A stretch of DNA of 50,894 nt from Pseudotevenvirus miller (lineage: Duplodnaviria; Heunggongvirae; Uroviricota; Caudoviricetes; Straboviridae). The notes below the pieces were generated by a model. The model saw only the letters and a program-made list of their open reading frames with translations. It had not been told where the DNA came from and made no database searches. The stretch lies in IMG/VR virus record IMGVR_UViG_2706796139_000001, positions 1 through 50,894 of that record; one strand, 5' to 3'. Numbering within the stretch: the stretch's first letter is position 1; each line of letters opens with the position of its first letter. The position numbers and the translations under genes are program-made. Below, piece after piece: positions 36,534-46,245 of this stretch.

Positions 36534-36801
36534 ACGATATGAAAAATATTTTGGGGAAACCCCATTATATTTGCCACTGCTTACAACGTTCGGTATTGAC
36601 CATATTGTAAGCAAAAGCGATGATAGTGTATGCTTGACGTTCGTTAAAGATAACTGGCATTCTTCAAGAACGTTTTCTATCCTGATGCTTGATGCGTTAG
36701 ACGATGATACATTGTCATACGCTCTTGAGGTCGAACTCGTTAATATGGTTGCAGAACTTAGTGAAGGTATTTTAAGTGAAACTAAACTTCAAAAAAATTA
36801 A
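36526..36801 (+). CDS. Hypothetical protein
   Basis: GTG start at 36526 with SD GGAGG. Confidence 0.55.
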   Translation: MHERYEKYFGETPLYLPLLTTFGIDHIVSKSDDSVCLTFVKDNWHSSRTFSILMLDALDDDTLSYALEVELVNMVAELSEGILSETKLQKN

Positions 36802-38479
36802 GTATCAGAATATTCTGTCGGTCGGGAATACCCCGATCGAACTCGAATTCGATACTGCAAAGAAAACCCTGATTACGGGTAAAAATGGTGGTGGTAAATC
36901 CACACTGATCGAAGCGTTGACGTATGCTCTTTTTGGTAAGTCATTTCGTGATCTAAAAGTCGGGCAACTGGTAAACAGTGTCAACAAAAAGAAATGCCTT
37001 GTTGAACTCGAAATTGAATATGGCAAAGACTCGTACAAAATTGTACGTGGACAGAAGCCGAAGGTATTCGAGATCTGGAAAAACGGCGATAAGTTAGCAG
37101 AAGATTCGGCATCGGGTGATTATCAATCTCAGCTTGAATCCATGCTCAATATTAACCTGGTTGGATTCAAACAGGTAATCGTGTTGGGTACTGCTGGTTA
37201 TACTCCATTCATGGAACTGAGAACACCGGATCGCCGTAAACTGGTTGAAGACCTGTTGTCGCTATCGGTTATCAGTGAAATGGATAAGCTGAACAAATCA
37301 TATGTTCGTGGTGTTAATCAGCAGTTGGATACCCTGTCTATGCAGGTGAACCACATCCAGCAGCAGATCGCTACACACCAGCGCTTCATTGATGAACAGC
37401 GAGCTAAAGCGAACCAGAACAACGCACGATACAAAGAGATCTACGATAGTCACGTTGAAACCGCGAAGAACATCAAAGCACAGCTTATGCAGTTGCAAGC
37501 GGAGATCGCAGAAACGGTGATCACTGGTGCAGACCGAACGGAAGATATAAACAAACTCCGTGATGGTTATACGCGCCTCTCTATGACTGTAGAACAGTTT
37601 AAAAAGCTGGAAGTGATGTATCAGAAAGGTGGTGAGTGTCCGGCCTGTAAACAGGCGATTAAGCCCACTCCTGAACGCATGGAAGAGATCGCCAACAATA
37701 TCAAAGCTGGTACACAACGATTAACGCTGATCAAAACCAAACAGGACGAGTTGCAAGGCATTATGAACGAGTTGCTTCAACAGCAACGCGCACTGAATGC
37801 TATGAAAACGAAATACGAAGCCCTGAAAGGTACTTTACAAAACGAAGTCGCCAACGCTAAACGCGCACAAGCTATTATGGAACAGGCAAGCGCGGAAGTC
37901 GTTATTGACGAAGAACCCGTTAAGCAGTTGCAGCAACAAGAAACAGAACTGAATGATAAACGTCAAGGATACGTGAAAGAAAAATATATCCGTGGTATCG
38001 TTACGGATATGTTAAAAGATTCAGGTGTGAAAGCCAGTATCGTAAAACGATATATTCCGTACTTCAATAAACAGATTGCGTATTATCTGAATCTGTTGGG
38101 TGCTGATTATCAATTTACACTGGATGATGAATTCAACGAATCGATCAAATCTCTGGGACGCGATGATTTTAGTTACGCATCATTCAGCCAGGGTGAACGC
38201 GCACGAATCAACCTATCAATTCTGTTTACATGGCGCGATGTAACAAGTAAAGTCTCCGGCGTGGATCTGTCTCTGCTGGTACTTGATGAAGTGTTTGATG
38301 GGCCACTTGATAAAGAGGGTTCATTTGCGATTAAATCACTTCTGGATTCTGTCGATGGTAACGTTATTGTCATCAGTCATCAGGATCTTGATCCGCAAGA
38401 TTTCGATCGACACATCATCATGTCTAAGGTTGGACGGTTCACAAAACCATCAATCAAAGATATGGCGGTATCATGTTAG
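36776..38479 (+). CDS. 46: Recombination ATPase subunit (Rad50/SbcC-like)
   Basis: GKNGGGKST, coiled coil with CPAC zinc hook, FSQGE, LDEVFD. Confidence 0.95.
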   Translation: MKLNFKKIKYQNILSVGNTPIELEFDTAKKTLITGKNGGGKSTLIEALTYALFGKSFRDLKVGQLVNSVNKKKCLVELEIEYGKDSYKIVRGQKPKVFEIWKNGDKLAEDSASGDYQSQLESMLNINLVGFKQVIVLGTAGYTPFMELRTPDRRKLVEDLLSLSVISEMDKLNKSYVRGVNQQLDTLSMQVNHIQQQIATHQRFIDEQRAKANQNNARYKEIYDSHVETAKNIKAQLMQLQAEIAETVITGADRTEDINKLRDGYTRLSMTVEQFKKLEVMYQKGGECPACKQAIKPTPERMEEIANNIKAGTQRLTLIKTKQDELQGIMNELLQQQRALNAMKTKYEALKGTLQNEVANAKRAQAIMEQASAEVVIDEEPVKQLQQQETELNDKRQGYVKEKYIRGIVTDMLKDSGVKASIVKRYIPYFNKQIAYYLNLLGADYQFTLDDEFNESIKSLGRDDFSYASFSQGERARINLSILFTWRDVTSKVSGVDLSLLVLDEVFDGPLDKEGSFAIKSLLDSVDGNVIVISHQDLDPQDFDRHIIMSKVGRFTKPSIKDMAVSC

Positions 38480-38664
38480 AACGTGAGTTCGATTTAAAGA
38501 CCTCTCCCGAAGTGGATAGGTATTATCTACACAACGAACTGTTGGAAGAAAAACACGTTGTTACTATGGAAGATGTCAAAGAAGCCTTTAAAGACAATCA
38601 GTTAGAGCTAACGCGAATACTGAATAACAAATCGTCTGTATGGTTTCTTGAAAAAATCTATTGA
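38473..38664 (+). CDS. Small protein at the 45.2 position
   Basis: Directly follows gene 46; 63 aa. Confidence 0.6.
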   Translation: MLEREFDLKTSPEVDRYYLHNELLEEKHVVTMEDVKEAFKDNQLELTRILNNKSSVWFLEKIY

Positions 38665-38722
38665 CACCTGAACATAAATACCTTAAAGTTGCCCGTGTAC
38701 TGAGTTGCACGGGCTTTTATTT
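38661..38722 (+). promoter_or_regulatory. Promoter followed by a terminator-like hairpin; late-like CATAAATA in the spacer
   Basis: TTGACA-17-TAAAGT; gcccgtgta..tgcacgggc then ttttatttt. Confidence 0.6.
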
Positions 38723-38735
38723 TGAGGAACGGAAA

Positions 38736-40433
38736 ATGATTAACGAAAAAATGACACATCGCGAAGCGTTGGAAATCTTAGGGGCTACTGGTACTGAATC
38801 CAAAGCCGAAATGTCCAAACTCTTCAAACGTGCTTCTCTGCGTAATCACCCCGATCGTGGTGGTAGCACAGAACTCATGCAAAAAATTAACCAGGCATAT
38901 GACGTAGTAACGAGAACAAACAGTTCTGGCGAAACTATGATGGATATGCGAGCGCGTCACGCAGCGAATAAAAAAGCGTGGGAAGAAAAACTGGATGCGT
39001 ATTTTGTTGTTGCTAAGAACTATTTCAGCACGAAATTTAACGCACAGGAATTCGCTGAATACTTCACCAAATACACCGGACAACCGACGACCTTCACACA
39101 GGAAGTCAAGAAAGATACAATTTCCGTATCTGCTGTGTTCCGTTTCACTTCTGGTGATGCTCACTTTGATTTCGCTTTCTACTGCAAGCCGGAAGAAGGT
39201 AAAGGTTTGATGTCTCCTGATGCAAGCGCATTGGGTAGTGTTTCTGTCAATACTCTGGTATTGGTTGGAACCAAAAAACATAAAATGGCAAGCCGTGAAT
39301 ATCAATGGGGCAAAAACCCAGATAAGATCACACCAGAAAGCCTGTTCCCGTCCAAGAAACTTGCATCAATTTTCAGCCCGACACAAAAGAACCTCAAGTT
39401 CAAACGTGCTGACTATATGACTTCTTTCCGCAAGCACTTAGACGCAGAAATTAGCGGTAATGATATCTATGTTCCTGTAGGCGACCTGAAAGTTCGTTTC
39501 TATCGTCATGTAATGATGCGTAAAGGTGCGTATGTGTTTAGTGCGGTATACGACCCAGCGGTAAGTAAATTCCGTTCTGCTGCAAACCTTCGCGGTACTA
39601 TGTTTGAAGACGAAGACGGCGCATGTTTGGATATGATTATCGACACTTTCAAAGAAATGCAGAAAGCAAAACCGAACGTTAACGGTATTGTCGGTATCAT
39701 TGACAAGATGAACGCAGAATTCGCAGCGGGACACCGTTCAGCATCTTTCGTCAAACGTATGGCACAGCAAGCAGCAGCACCGAAGCCGGAAGAAAAGCCG
39801 AAACGCACTGTTAACCGTATCAGCAAAGATGATTATTTCAACGCATTGAAACAAGCGGGTGCAACATTCCGTAGCAACTACGGTGAGTTTGATAACGGCG
39901 CTGGATTGACTTTCCACTTCAAACGCGAGATCAGCAACCGTAAAGGCTTCTGGAGTTTCAGCAGTTTTAATTTCATGCACTCTGGTCAACGTCATGTTGA
40001 ATGGTTGAAAGATATCGACATTGACGAAGACAGCAAAGGTGCAAGTATCGGTCTGATGGTTGATACTCTGAAACAGTTGCGTGGTGTTGCTGATTGGTAT
40101 ACTGCAAGAAAGATCCTGGAAGCGATGCGCGACAACTTCAAAGCTGGTAAGTTCTCCGCACCACACGTTAAGAAAGAAGCCGAACAGAAACGCACTGAGG
40201 CGCAAGCTAAGGACGAGTTAGGCGCACAGCCTACCAAACCCCAGGAAGCAAAGAAAGAAGCCCCAGCAGTTGATAAGGCTCATGAGGCGCAAATGGCTAA
40301 AGAGAAAGCACAGATGAATGCAACCATTCGTTCTATGCTCTCCGCTCTGGTTAAAGCTGGACGCAAAGACACGCCGGAAGAAATTAAAAAAGCAGTTGAT
40401 GAAGCAATCGCTCTCTGGCGCTTGAAACACTAA
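38736..40433 (+). CDS. rki: J-domain (DnaJ-like) DnaK co-chaperone, Rki-like, 565 aa
   Basis: N-terminal ALEILG..LFKRASLRNHPDRGG...MQKINQAYDV with HPD at 38847-38855; SD GAGG; resembles the RB43/RB16 Rki family (recalled, not aligned). Confidence 0.8.
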   Translation: MINEKMTHREALEILGATGTESKAEMSKLFKRASLRNHPDRGGSTELMQKINQAYDVVTRTNSSGETMMDMRARHAANKKAWEEKLDAYFVVAKNYFSTKFNAQEFAEYFTKYTGQPTTFTQEVKKDTISVSAVFRFTSGDAHFDFAFYCKPEEGKGLMSPDASALGSVSVNTLVLVGTKKHKMASREYQWGKNPDKITPESLFPSKKLASIFSPTQKNLKFKRADYMTSFRKHLDAEISGNDIYVPVGDLKVRFYRHVMMRKGAYVFSAVYDPAVSKFRSAANLRGTMFEDEDGACLDMIIDTFKEMQKAKPNVNGIVGIIDKMNAEFAAGHRSASFVKRMAQQAAAPKPEEKPKRTVNRISKDDYFNALKQAGATFRSNYGEFDNGAGLTFHFKREISNRKGFWSFSSFNFMHSGQRHVEWLKDIDIDEDSKGASIGLMVDTLKQLRGVADWYTARKILEAMRDNFKAGKFSAPHVKKEAEQKRTEAQAKDELGAQPTKPQEAKKEAPAVDKAHEAQMAKEKAQMNATIRSMLSALVKAGRKDTPEEIKKAVDEAIALWRLKH

Positions 40434-40479
40434 CTGATTGTGTTATACTGGGAACTGTTGAAAAGCAGTTCCCTTTTTT
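40422..40479 (+). promoter_or_regulatory. Promoter overlapped by a terminator
   Basis: TTGAAA-16 with TGn-TATACT, then gggaactg..cagttccc-tttttt. Confidence 0.6.
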
Positions 40480-40493
40480 ATGAGGAAAATACT

Positions 40494-40820
40494 ATGAGTT
40501 GTCCAACATGGGCGCATTTTGAAAATTTGAAAGAAGGTACGCAGAAACGCGTGTATATCAATCTGGGTTGGATTCCTCCAAGTGATTTTGAATTATCCGT
40601 AATTCTGGTCAATGCCAGCAAAGAGATCAACGAAACTTTCGAATGGGAAAGACTTACTTTGCCTGTTCATCCAGGGTTCTTTATGTCCCGTGAAAAGTTC
40701 GAAGAAATGAAACGAGCGGTAGAATGTATCAATGGGTTTACTACGCCATCTCTACGTATGCACTACCGGAACCTATTCACCCTGAAAAAAGCATGGGAAA
40801 TCGCGGAGGTTGAATTATGA
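40494..40820 (+). CDS. Hypothetical protein
   Basis: SD GAGG before ATG 40494. Confidence 0.65.
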   Translation: MSCPTWAHFENLKEGTQKRVYINLGWIPPSDFELSVILVNASKEINETFEWERLTLPVHPGFFMSREKFEEMKRAVECINGFTTPSLRMHYRNLFTLKKAWEIAEVEL

Positions 40821-41098
40821 TTATTCAGGTATCCGTACAGGGTAACACTCTGACAGTAACCAATTCCATTATGACCGCTATGGCTGCATGTCGTGATCAT
40901 GTATTGACAACGCCGCCTGTGACTGAAATTTTGGAAATTGATATATGGCACGGTGGTGTAATTTCTGGATCTTATGGATTCACACCACTGGAAGAAAATT
41001 TAAACACAATGGAAGAATGGTTATATGGGAAATTGTACACCAATGAAACTACCAAAGCATACGACGCTGTTAACTCGCGAAAAACTACATTCTGTTGA
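40817..41098 (+). CDS. Hypothetical protein
   Basis: ATGA coupling; SD GGAGG. Confidence 0.6.
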   Translation: MIIQVSVQGNTLTVTNSIMTAMAACRDHVLTTPPVTEILEIDIWHGGVISGSYGFTPLEENLNTMEEWLYGKLYTNETTKAYDAVNSRKTTFC

Positions 41099-41114
41099 AT
41101 GGAGTCCCTTAGAC

Positions 41115-41300
41115 GTGATGATCTTTGATATCGAATCACGGATCATCAATGCTCGTATGAACGGATTAGGAATCTTTTCTGTTGAATTCGAAAAGATTCG
41201 CGGTTATAATGCTGAATGTAAAAACAAGTTACGCGTCATGGTGGAAGCAATGGGCTACATCGTGGATATTGAAGACAATAAAATGTGGATCGGATTATGA
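41115..41300 (+). CDS. Hypothetical protein
   Basis: GTG/ATG start after GGAG; coupled to frd. Confidence 0.55.
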   Translation: MMIFDIESRIINARMNGLGIFSVEFEKIRGYNAECKNKLRVMVEAMGYIVDIEDNKMWIGL

Positions 41301-41878
41301 GCAAAGTAAAAGCAGTTTTCGCAGTCGGTAATGACGCATATGACGAAGATTTTGCGTTTGGCTACCAGCAGGGTTTACCGTGGGGACACTGCAAAGAGGA
41401 TTTGCAGAACTTCAAAGCAGAAACCGCAAATAGTGTCCTGATCATGGGTGCAAACACTTTTACTTCTCTGCCTGGTAAATTGCCAGGGAGAGTTCATTGC
41501 GTTCTGTCTGCATCCGGTCAACGTTTGGTAACGAAGAACGGGAATACCGCTGATTACATTATTCACGGTGGCGGGTTGTCTGCTGCAATCGACGTGATGA
41601 AAGCAACGCATCCAGATAGTGATGTGTGTATCATTGGTGGTAAGGGGTTGCTTCTGGAAGCAATCAATAATACACTGGTTGATGAATTAGTCATAACTCA
41701 CGTTTATGGACATCGTGTGTATAATGCACCAGCGTTTAAACGTGATGTTTCGTTTAGCGTCAAAGAATTCTATGATGCAGTCTTGAAGTACGGATATTGT
41801 GATTTTGAAACTATCCATATTCACGACAACGAACGCGTTGCAAAACTCGTAATTGATCGATATACGAAAAAGGCATGA
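41297..41878 (+). CDS. frd: Dihydrofolate reductase
   Basis: FG...GLPWGH..EDLQNFK, IMGANTF.SLP..LPGR, IIGG. Confidence 0.92.
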   Translation: MSKVKAVFAVGNDAYDEDFAFGYQQGLPWGHCKEDLQNFKAETANSVLIMGANTFTSLPGKLPGRVHCVLSASGQRLVTKNGNTADYIIHGGGLSAAIDVMKATHPDSDVCIIGGKGLLLEAINNTLVDELVITHVYGHRVYNAPAFKRDVSFSVKEFYDAVLKYGYCDFETIHIHDNERVAKLVIDRYTKKA

Positions 41879-41879
41879 A

Positions 41880-42737
41880 ATGAAACAGTATCTTGATATT
41901 ATCAGGTTGGTTCTGGCAAATGGTGTTGAATCAACCGACCGCACTGGTGTAGGTACTATCCGTATCTTTGGTGCGCAAACCCGCTGGAACCTCGCAGAAG
42001 GTTTCCCAGCAACGACCAGCAAACAGCTATTCTTCAAACCGTGTAAGCATGAATTGCAATGGTTCCTGTCCGGTTCTACTAACGTTGATGAACTACGTGA
42101 AATGACCTGGGGAATAGGAAGCGATAAACGCACTATTTGGGACGATAACTACGAAAATCAGGCTAAATCGCTGGGATACTCTCATGGTTATCTGGGGCCA
42201 ATCTACGGTCATCAATGGCGTTCGTTCGGTGGTGATTTGTATGGAAATCACAGCGTTGACCAGATTGCTCGGATCGTCAACGAACTGAAAACCACACCAG
42301 ACGATCGCGGGATCATCGTTTCCGCATGGAACCCTGTTGATCTGGATAAAATGGCATTGCGTCCGTGTCACTGTTTCTTCCAGTTCGTCGTAATCAACGG
42401 TAAACTGTCTCTACAGTGGTATCAGCGTTCGGTTGATGTCTTCTTAGGGTTGCCGTTCAATATCGCCTCCTACGCTCTCCTGACGCATATTATCGCTGAT
42501 ATTTGCGGGTACGAAGTAGGTGATCTGGTTTGGACAGGTGGTGATGTCCATATCTACAAAAACGCAATCGAGCAAGCGAAAGAACTATTGAAGCCGGAAC
42601 GTGAACCGTTACCGCTTCCGACCCTCTACATGCCGAAGGTAAATAGCTTACTTGATTTGGATCAAGAATTCTTTGACTCCATCCATTTGAAAGATTATAA
42701 TCATCACGGCTCGCTAAAAGCAGCTATGGCAGTATAA
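41880..42737 (+). CDS. td: Thymidylate synthase, intronless
   Basis: DRTGVGT, GPIYGHQWR, MALRPCH, QRSVDVFLGLPFNIASY. Confidence 0.96.
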   Translation: MKQYLDIIRLVLANGVESTDRTGVGTIRIFGAQTRWNLAEGFPATTSKQLFFKPCKHELQWFLSGSTNVDELREMTWGIGSDKRTIWDDNYENQAKSLGYSHGYLGPIYGHQWRSFGGDLYGNHSVDQIARIVNELKTTPDDRGIIVSAWNPVDLDKMALRPCHCFFQFVVINGKLSLQWYQRSVDVFLGLPFNIASYALLTHIIADICGYEVGDLVWTGGDVHIYKNAIEQAKELLKPEREPLPLPTLYMPKVNSLLDLDQEFFDSIHLKDYNHHGSLKAAMAV

Positions 42738-42741
42738 ACAA

Positions 42742-42761
42742 AAGGGGCGAAAGCCCCTTTC
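42742..42761 (+). terminator. Terminator with GNRA loop
   Basis: aaggggc-gaaa-gcccctttt. Confidence 0.7.
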
Positions 42762-42777
42762 TTAACAAGGTAAGATA

Positions 42778-45033
42778 ATGAGTGAAATTAAGACAGTAAT
42801 TAAATCTTCTGGTGTAAGTCAGCCGTTCGAAAAAGAAAAACTGTTTAAAGTCCTGAATTGGGCCAGTGTTGGAAAGAATATTGATGTTAACGCATTCCTT
42901 GAAAGTGTCGTTGACCTGCTTCGTGATGGTATGACTACCAAACAGATCCAGGGCGTAGCTATCAAATATGCAGCGGATCGTATTTCCGTAAAAGAACCAG
43001 ATTGGCAGTATGTAGCGGCGAACCTCGAAATGTTCGCACTTCGTAAAACCGTTTACGGGCAATTCGACCCGATTCCATTTTACGAACACATCACTAAACT
43101 GGTTGATGCTGGGAAGTACGACAAAGAAATCTTAACCAAATGGACTAAAGCGGATATCGAATATTTCGAAGAGAATATTAAGCACGATAAAGATTTTGAA
43201 TTCTCTTACGCTGGCGTACAGCAGTTGATCGGGAAATATCTGTTGCAGGATCGCACCAACGGTGACATCTACGAAACACCGCAATATGCGTTTATGCTGA
43301 TTGCTATGTGTCTGCATCAGGACGAACCGCGAACCCTGAGCGCATTTAATCATGTTGTCGATTTCTACAACGCAATTTCGGATCGTAAGCTGTCGTTACC
43401 TACGCCTATTATGGCTGGTGTGCGTACTCCTACGCGTCAGTTTTCCAGTTGCGTAGTGATTGAATCAGGTGATTCACTGGGTTCTCTGAATGCTGTAACC
43501 TCTGCGATCGTGAAGTATATTTCACAACGCGCGGGTATCGGTGTTAATGCTGGACACATTCGCGCAATGGGTTCTAAAATCCGTGGTGGTGAAGCAGTAC
43601 ATACAGGCGTGATCCCGTTCTGGAAACATATTCAGACAGCGGTTAAATCCTGTTCACAAGGTGGCGTTCGTGGTGGTGCTGCAACGTTGTATTATCCGAT
43701 CTGGCATTTGGAAGTTGAAAACCTGCTGGTTCTGAAAAACAACAAAGGTGTTGAGAATAACCGTATTCGTCACCTGGATTATGGCGTTCAGCTTAACGAT
43801 TTGATGTATAAGCGTTTAATCAATAACGATTACATCACACTGTTCAGCCCTGACGTTGCAAATGATCGCCTGTATGATGCTTTCTATCAAGCTGATCAGA
43901 CTGAGTTCGAAGAACTCTATACCAGTTTGGAAAAAGACCCAACGGTACGCAAGAAACGTATTAAAGCAGCAGATTTGTTCCAGTTGCTTGTTCAGGAACG
44001 CGCACAGACCGGACGCAAATATATTTTCAACAGTCACCACGTCAACCAGCAGGGCAGTTTCTCCGTTCCTGTTCGTATGTCGAACCTTTGCTGTGAAATT
44101 GCGATCCCAACGTCACCTCTGGATGATGACGACAAGTTAGCAGGTGAAATCGGACTGTGTACGCTTATGGCTATCGTTCTCGATAACGCTGATGTAAGCG
44201 AATTCCCAGCCCTTACACGTATTGCAGTACGCGCACTGGATAACCTGTTGGATTACCAGAACTACCCTGTTGCGGCGGCTCTGAAAGCTAAACAGCGTCG
44301 TTCTCTGGGCGTTGGTATCACCAACTATGCTTCGTGGTTGGCAAGTAACTATTGCGACTACTCAGAAGCATACGCCGGAAACGTTCATGAACTGATGGAA
44401 GCGTTTCAATATAACCTGTTGGTTGCCTCTATGGAACTGGCGAAAGAACGCGGTGCATGTGGACTGTTCCATGAAACAAAATATGCACAAGGGCTGTTAC
44501 CGATCGATTGGTACTGCAAAACCGTGGATGAACTCGCGTTACCTGTGTATAATTGCGATTGGGAATGGTTGCGCGGCGAAATCAAAAAATATGGCTTGCG
44601 TAACTCAACTCTTTCCGCTTTAATGCCATGTGAGAGTAGTTCTCAAGTAAGCAACTCAACAAACGGGATTGAACCGCCTCGCGGTCCTGTGAGTGTGAAA
44701 TCTTCGAAAGAAGGTTCATTCAACCAGGTAGTACCGAACCAGAACGATCAGATTGATTTCTATGATTATCTCTGGACAATGGCAAAACGCGGTAATAAAG
44801 GTTATCTGTCTCATGTTGCTGTTATGCAGAAGTTTGTTGATCAAGCGATCTCTGCAAACACCAACTATGATCCGGCTAACTTCCCAGATGGTAAAGTGAA
44901 ATCTGAAACCATCATTGATGACCTGCTTTATGCGAACTACTACGGCGTGAAAACTCTGTATTATCACAACACCCGCGACGGTGCAGGTGAAGACGAAGCA
45001 GAAGCCGATGATTGCGTAGGCTGTAAGATTTGA
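42778..45033 (+). CDS. nrdA: Class Ia ribonucleotide reductase alpha subunit
   Basis: ATP cone, SLPTPIMAG, FSSCVVI, SNLCCEI, LMPCESSS, terminal CVGCKI; no intein. Confidence 0.97.
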   Translation: MSEIKTVIKSSGVSQPFEKEKLFKVLNWASVGKNIDVNAFLESVVDLLRDGMTTKQIQGVAIKYAADRISVKEPDWQYVAANLEMFALRKTVYGQFDPIPFYEHITKLVDAGKYDKEILTKWTKADIEYFEENIKHDKDFEFSYAGVQQLIGKYLLQDRTNGDIYETPQYAFMLIAMCLHQDEPRTLSAFNHVVDFYNAISDRKLSLPTPIMAGVRTPTRQFSSCVVIESGDSLGSLNAVTSAIVKYISQRAGIGVNAGHIRAMGSKIRGGEAVHTGVIPFWKHIQTAVKSCSQGGVRGGAATLYYPIWHLEVENLLVLKNNKGVENNRIRHLDYGVQLNDLMYKRLINNDYITLFSPDVANDRLYDAFYQADQTEFEELYTSLEKDPTVRKKRIKAADLFQLLVQERAQTGRKYIFNSHHVNQQGSFSVPVRMSNLCCEIAIPTSPLDDDDKLAGEIGLCTLMAIVLDNADVSEFPALTRIAVRALDNLLDYQNYPVAAALKAKQRRSLGVGITNYASWLASNYCDYSEAYAGNVHELMEAFQYNLLVASMELAKERGACGLFHETKYAQGLLPIDWYCKTVDELALPVYNCDWEWLRGEIKKYGLRNSTLSALMPCESSSQVSNSTNGIEPPRGPVSVKSSKEGSFNQVVPNQNDQIDFYDYLWTMAKRGNKGYLSHVAVMQKFVDQAISANTNYDPANFPDGKVKSETIIDDLLYANYYGVKTLYYHNTRDGAGEDEAEADDCVGCKI

Positions 45034-45037
45034 TAAT

Positions 45038-45056
45038 GCCCCTTCGGGGGCTTTTT
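45038..45056 (+). terminator. Terminator with UUCG loop
   Basis: gcccc-ttcg-ggggc-ttttt. Confidence 0.7.
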
Positions 45057-45069
45057 ATAAGGTAAACTC

Positions 45070-46245
45070 ATGTTAACAGTAATGAACACAAACCCCGATC
45101 ACAAACACTTAGAACAGCCAATGTTCTTCGGTGAAGATACTGGGGTTGCCCGATATGAAGAACAAAAACATCGCGTATTCGAAACTTTGACTGAAAAACA
45201 ACTGTCATTCTTCTGGCGACCGGAAGAAGTGGATCTGTCGATCGACCGTATGCAGTATGCAAAAATGCCGGAACACGAGAAAATCATTTTTGATTCTAAC
45301 CTGCAATATCAAACCCTGTTAGATACCATTCAGGGACGTGGCCCTAACCTGGCGTTTCTCCCGATTGCCTCTGATGTTTCAATGGAAACGTGGATCGAAA
45401 CATGGGCTTTCAGTGAAACAATTCATAGCCGCAGTTATACACACATTCAGCGTAACTTGCATATCGACCCGGCTAAAGAGTTCGACAAAATCCTTCGTAA
45501 CGAAGCGATTATGAAACGTTCGGCTTCAATGACAAAATATTACGATGACCTGATCGCAGAATGTCATGAACTGAAAAACATCGTTCTCAAGATCGAAATG
45601 ATGACATCCCACGGATACCCAGACGAATCGATCGCTGAATACGAACAGAAACGCAAAGAGCAAATGCGCAAATGTAAGGTTGCTCTTTATCTGTGTATGC
45701 ACGCTGTCAACGCTCTGGAAGCGATTCGTTTCTATGTCTCGTTTACCTTTACGTTCAACTTTGCCGAACAGGGCAAGATGGAAGGTAACGCAAAGATCAT
45801 GCGTCTGATTGCCCGTGATGAAGCACTTCATCAGAAAGGTACTCAAAGCAAGATCCGACTCTGGCAGATGGGTAAAGATGACCCAGAAATGGCAGAAATC
45901 GCGTATCAGTACGAAGAAGAAGCAACACAGATTTTCCTCGAAGTTTACGAGCAGGAAAAAGAATGGGCTGAACACTTATTCAGTATTGGTGATGTTGACG
46001 GCGTGACACTGAAAAGTACAATCGCCTATATCGAACACTTAACCGACCAACGTATGCGAGCGGTTGGGTTACAGTCTCCGTTTAAACCGAGTCCTAACCC
46101 GTATCCGTGGATGAACAAATGGTTGAAGTCTGACAACGTTCAGGTAGCCCCGCAAGAGGTTGAAGTAAGTTCTTACCTGGTTGGCAACCTCAACACCGAG
46201 ATCAGCGACGAAGCCTATGCAAAATGGCGACAAAAATACGCTTGA
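45070..46245 (+). CDS. nrdB: Class Ia ribonucleotide reductase beta subunit, intronless
   Basis: FFWRPEEV, ETIHSRSY, LEAIRFYVSF, RDEALH, VAPQEVEVSSY. Confidence 0.96.
   Translation: MLTVMNTNPDHKHLEQPMFFGEDTGVARYEEQKHRVFETLTEKQLSFFWRPEEVDLSIDRMQYAKMPEHEKIIFDSNLQYQTLLDTIQGRGPNLAFLPIASDVSMETWIETWAFSETIHSRSYTHIQRNLHIDPAKEFDKILRNEAIMKRSASMTKYYDDLIAECHELKNIVLKIEMMTSHGYPDESIAEYEQKRKEQMRKCKVALYLCMHAVNALEAIRFYVSFTFTFNFAEQGKMEGNAKIMRLIARDEALHQKGTQSKIRLWQMGKDDPEMAEIAYQYEEEATQIFLEVYEQEKEWAEHLFSIGDVDGVTLKSTIAYIEHLTDQRMRAVGLQSPFKPSPNPYPWMNKWLKSDNVQVAPQEVEVSSYLVGNLNTEISDEAYAKWRQKYA

Noticed and set aside
38761-38767. Additional GCGAAGC inside rki
   Set aside because: It is in coding sequence with no flanking repeats, so it is probably chance. 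It shows the heptamer alone is not diagnostic.
41880-46245. Group I introns, inteins or mob/seg homing endonucleases in td, nrdA and nrdB
   Set aside because: All three ORFs are continuous and of normal length; the nrdA-nrdB gap holds only a terminator.
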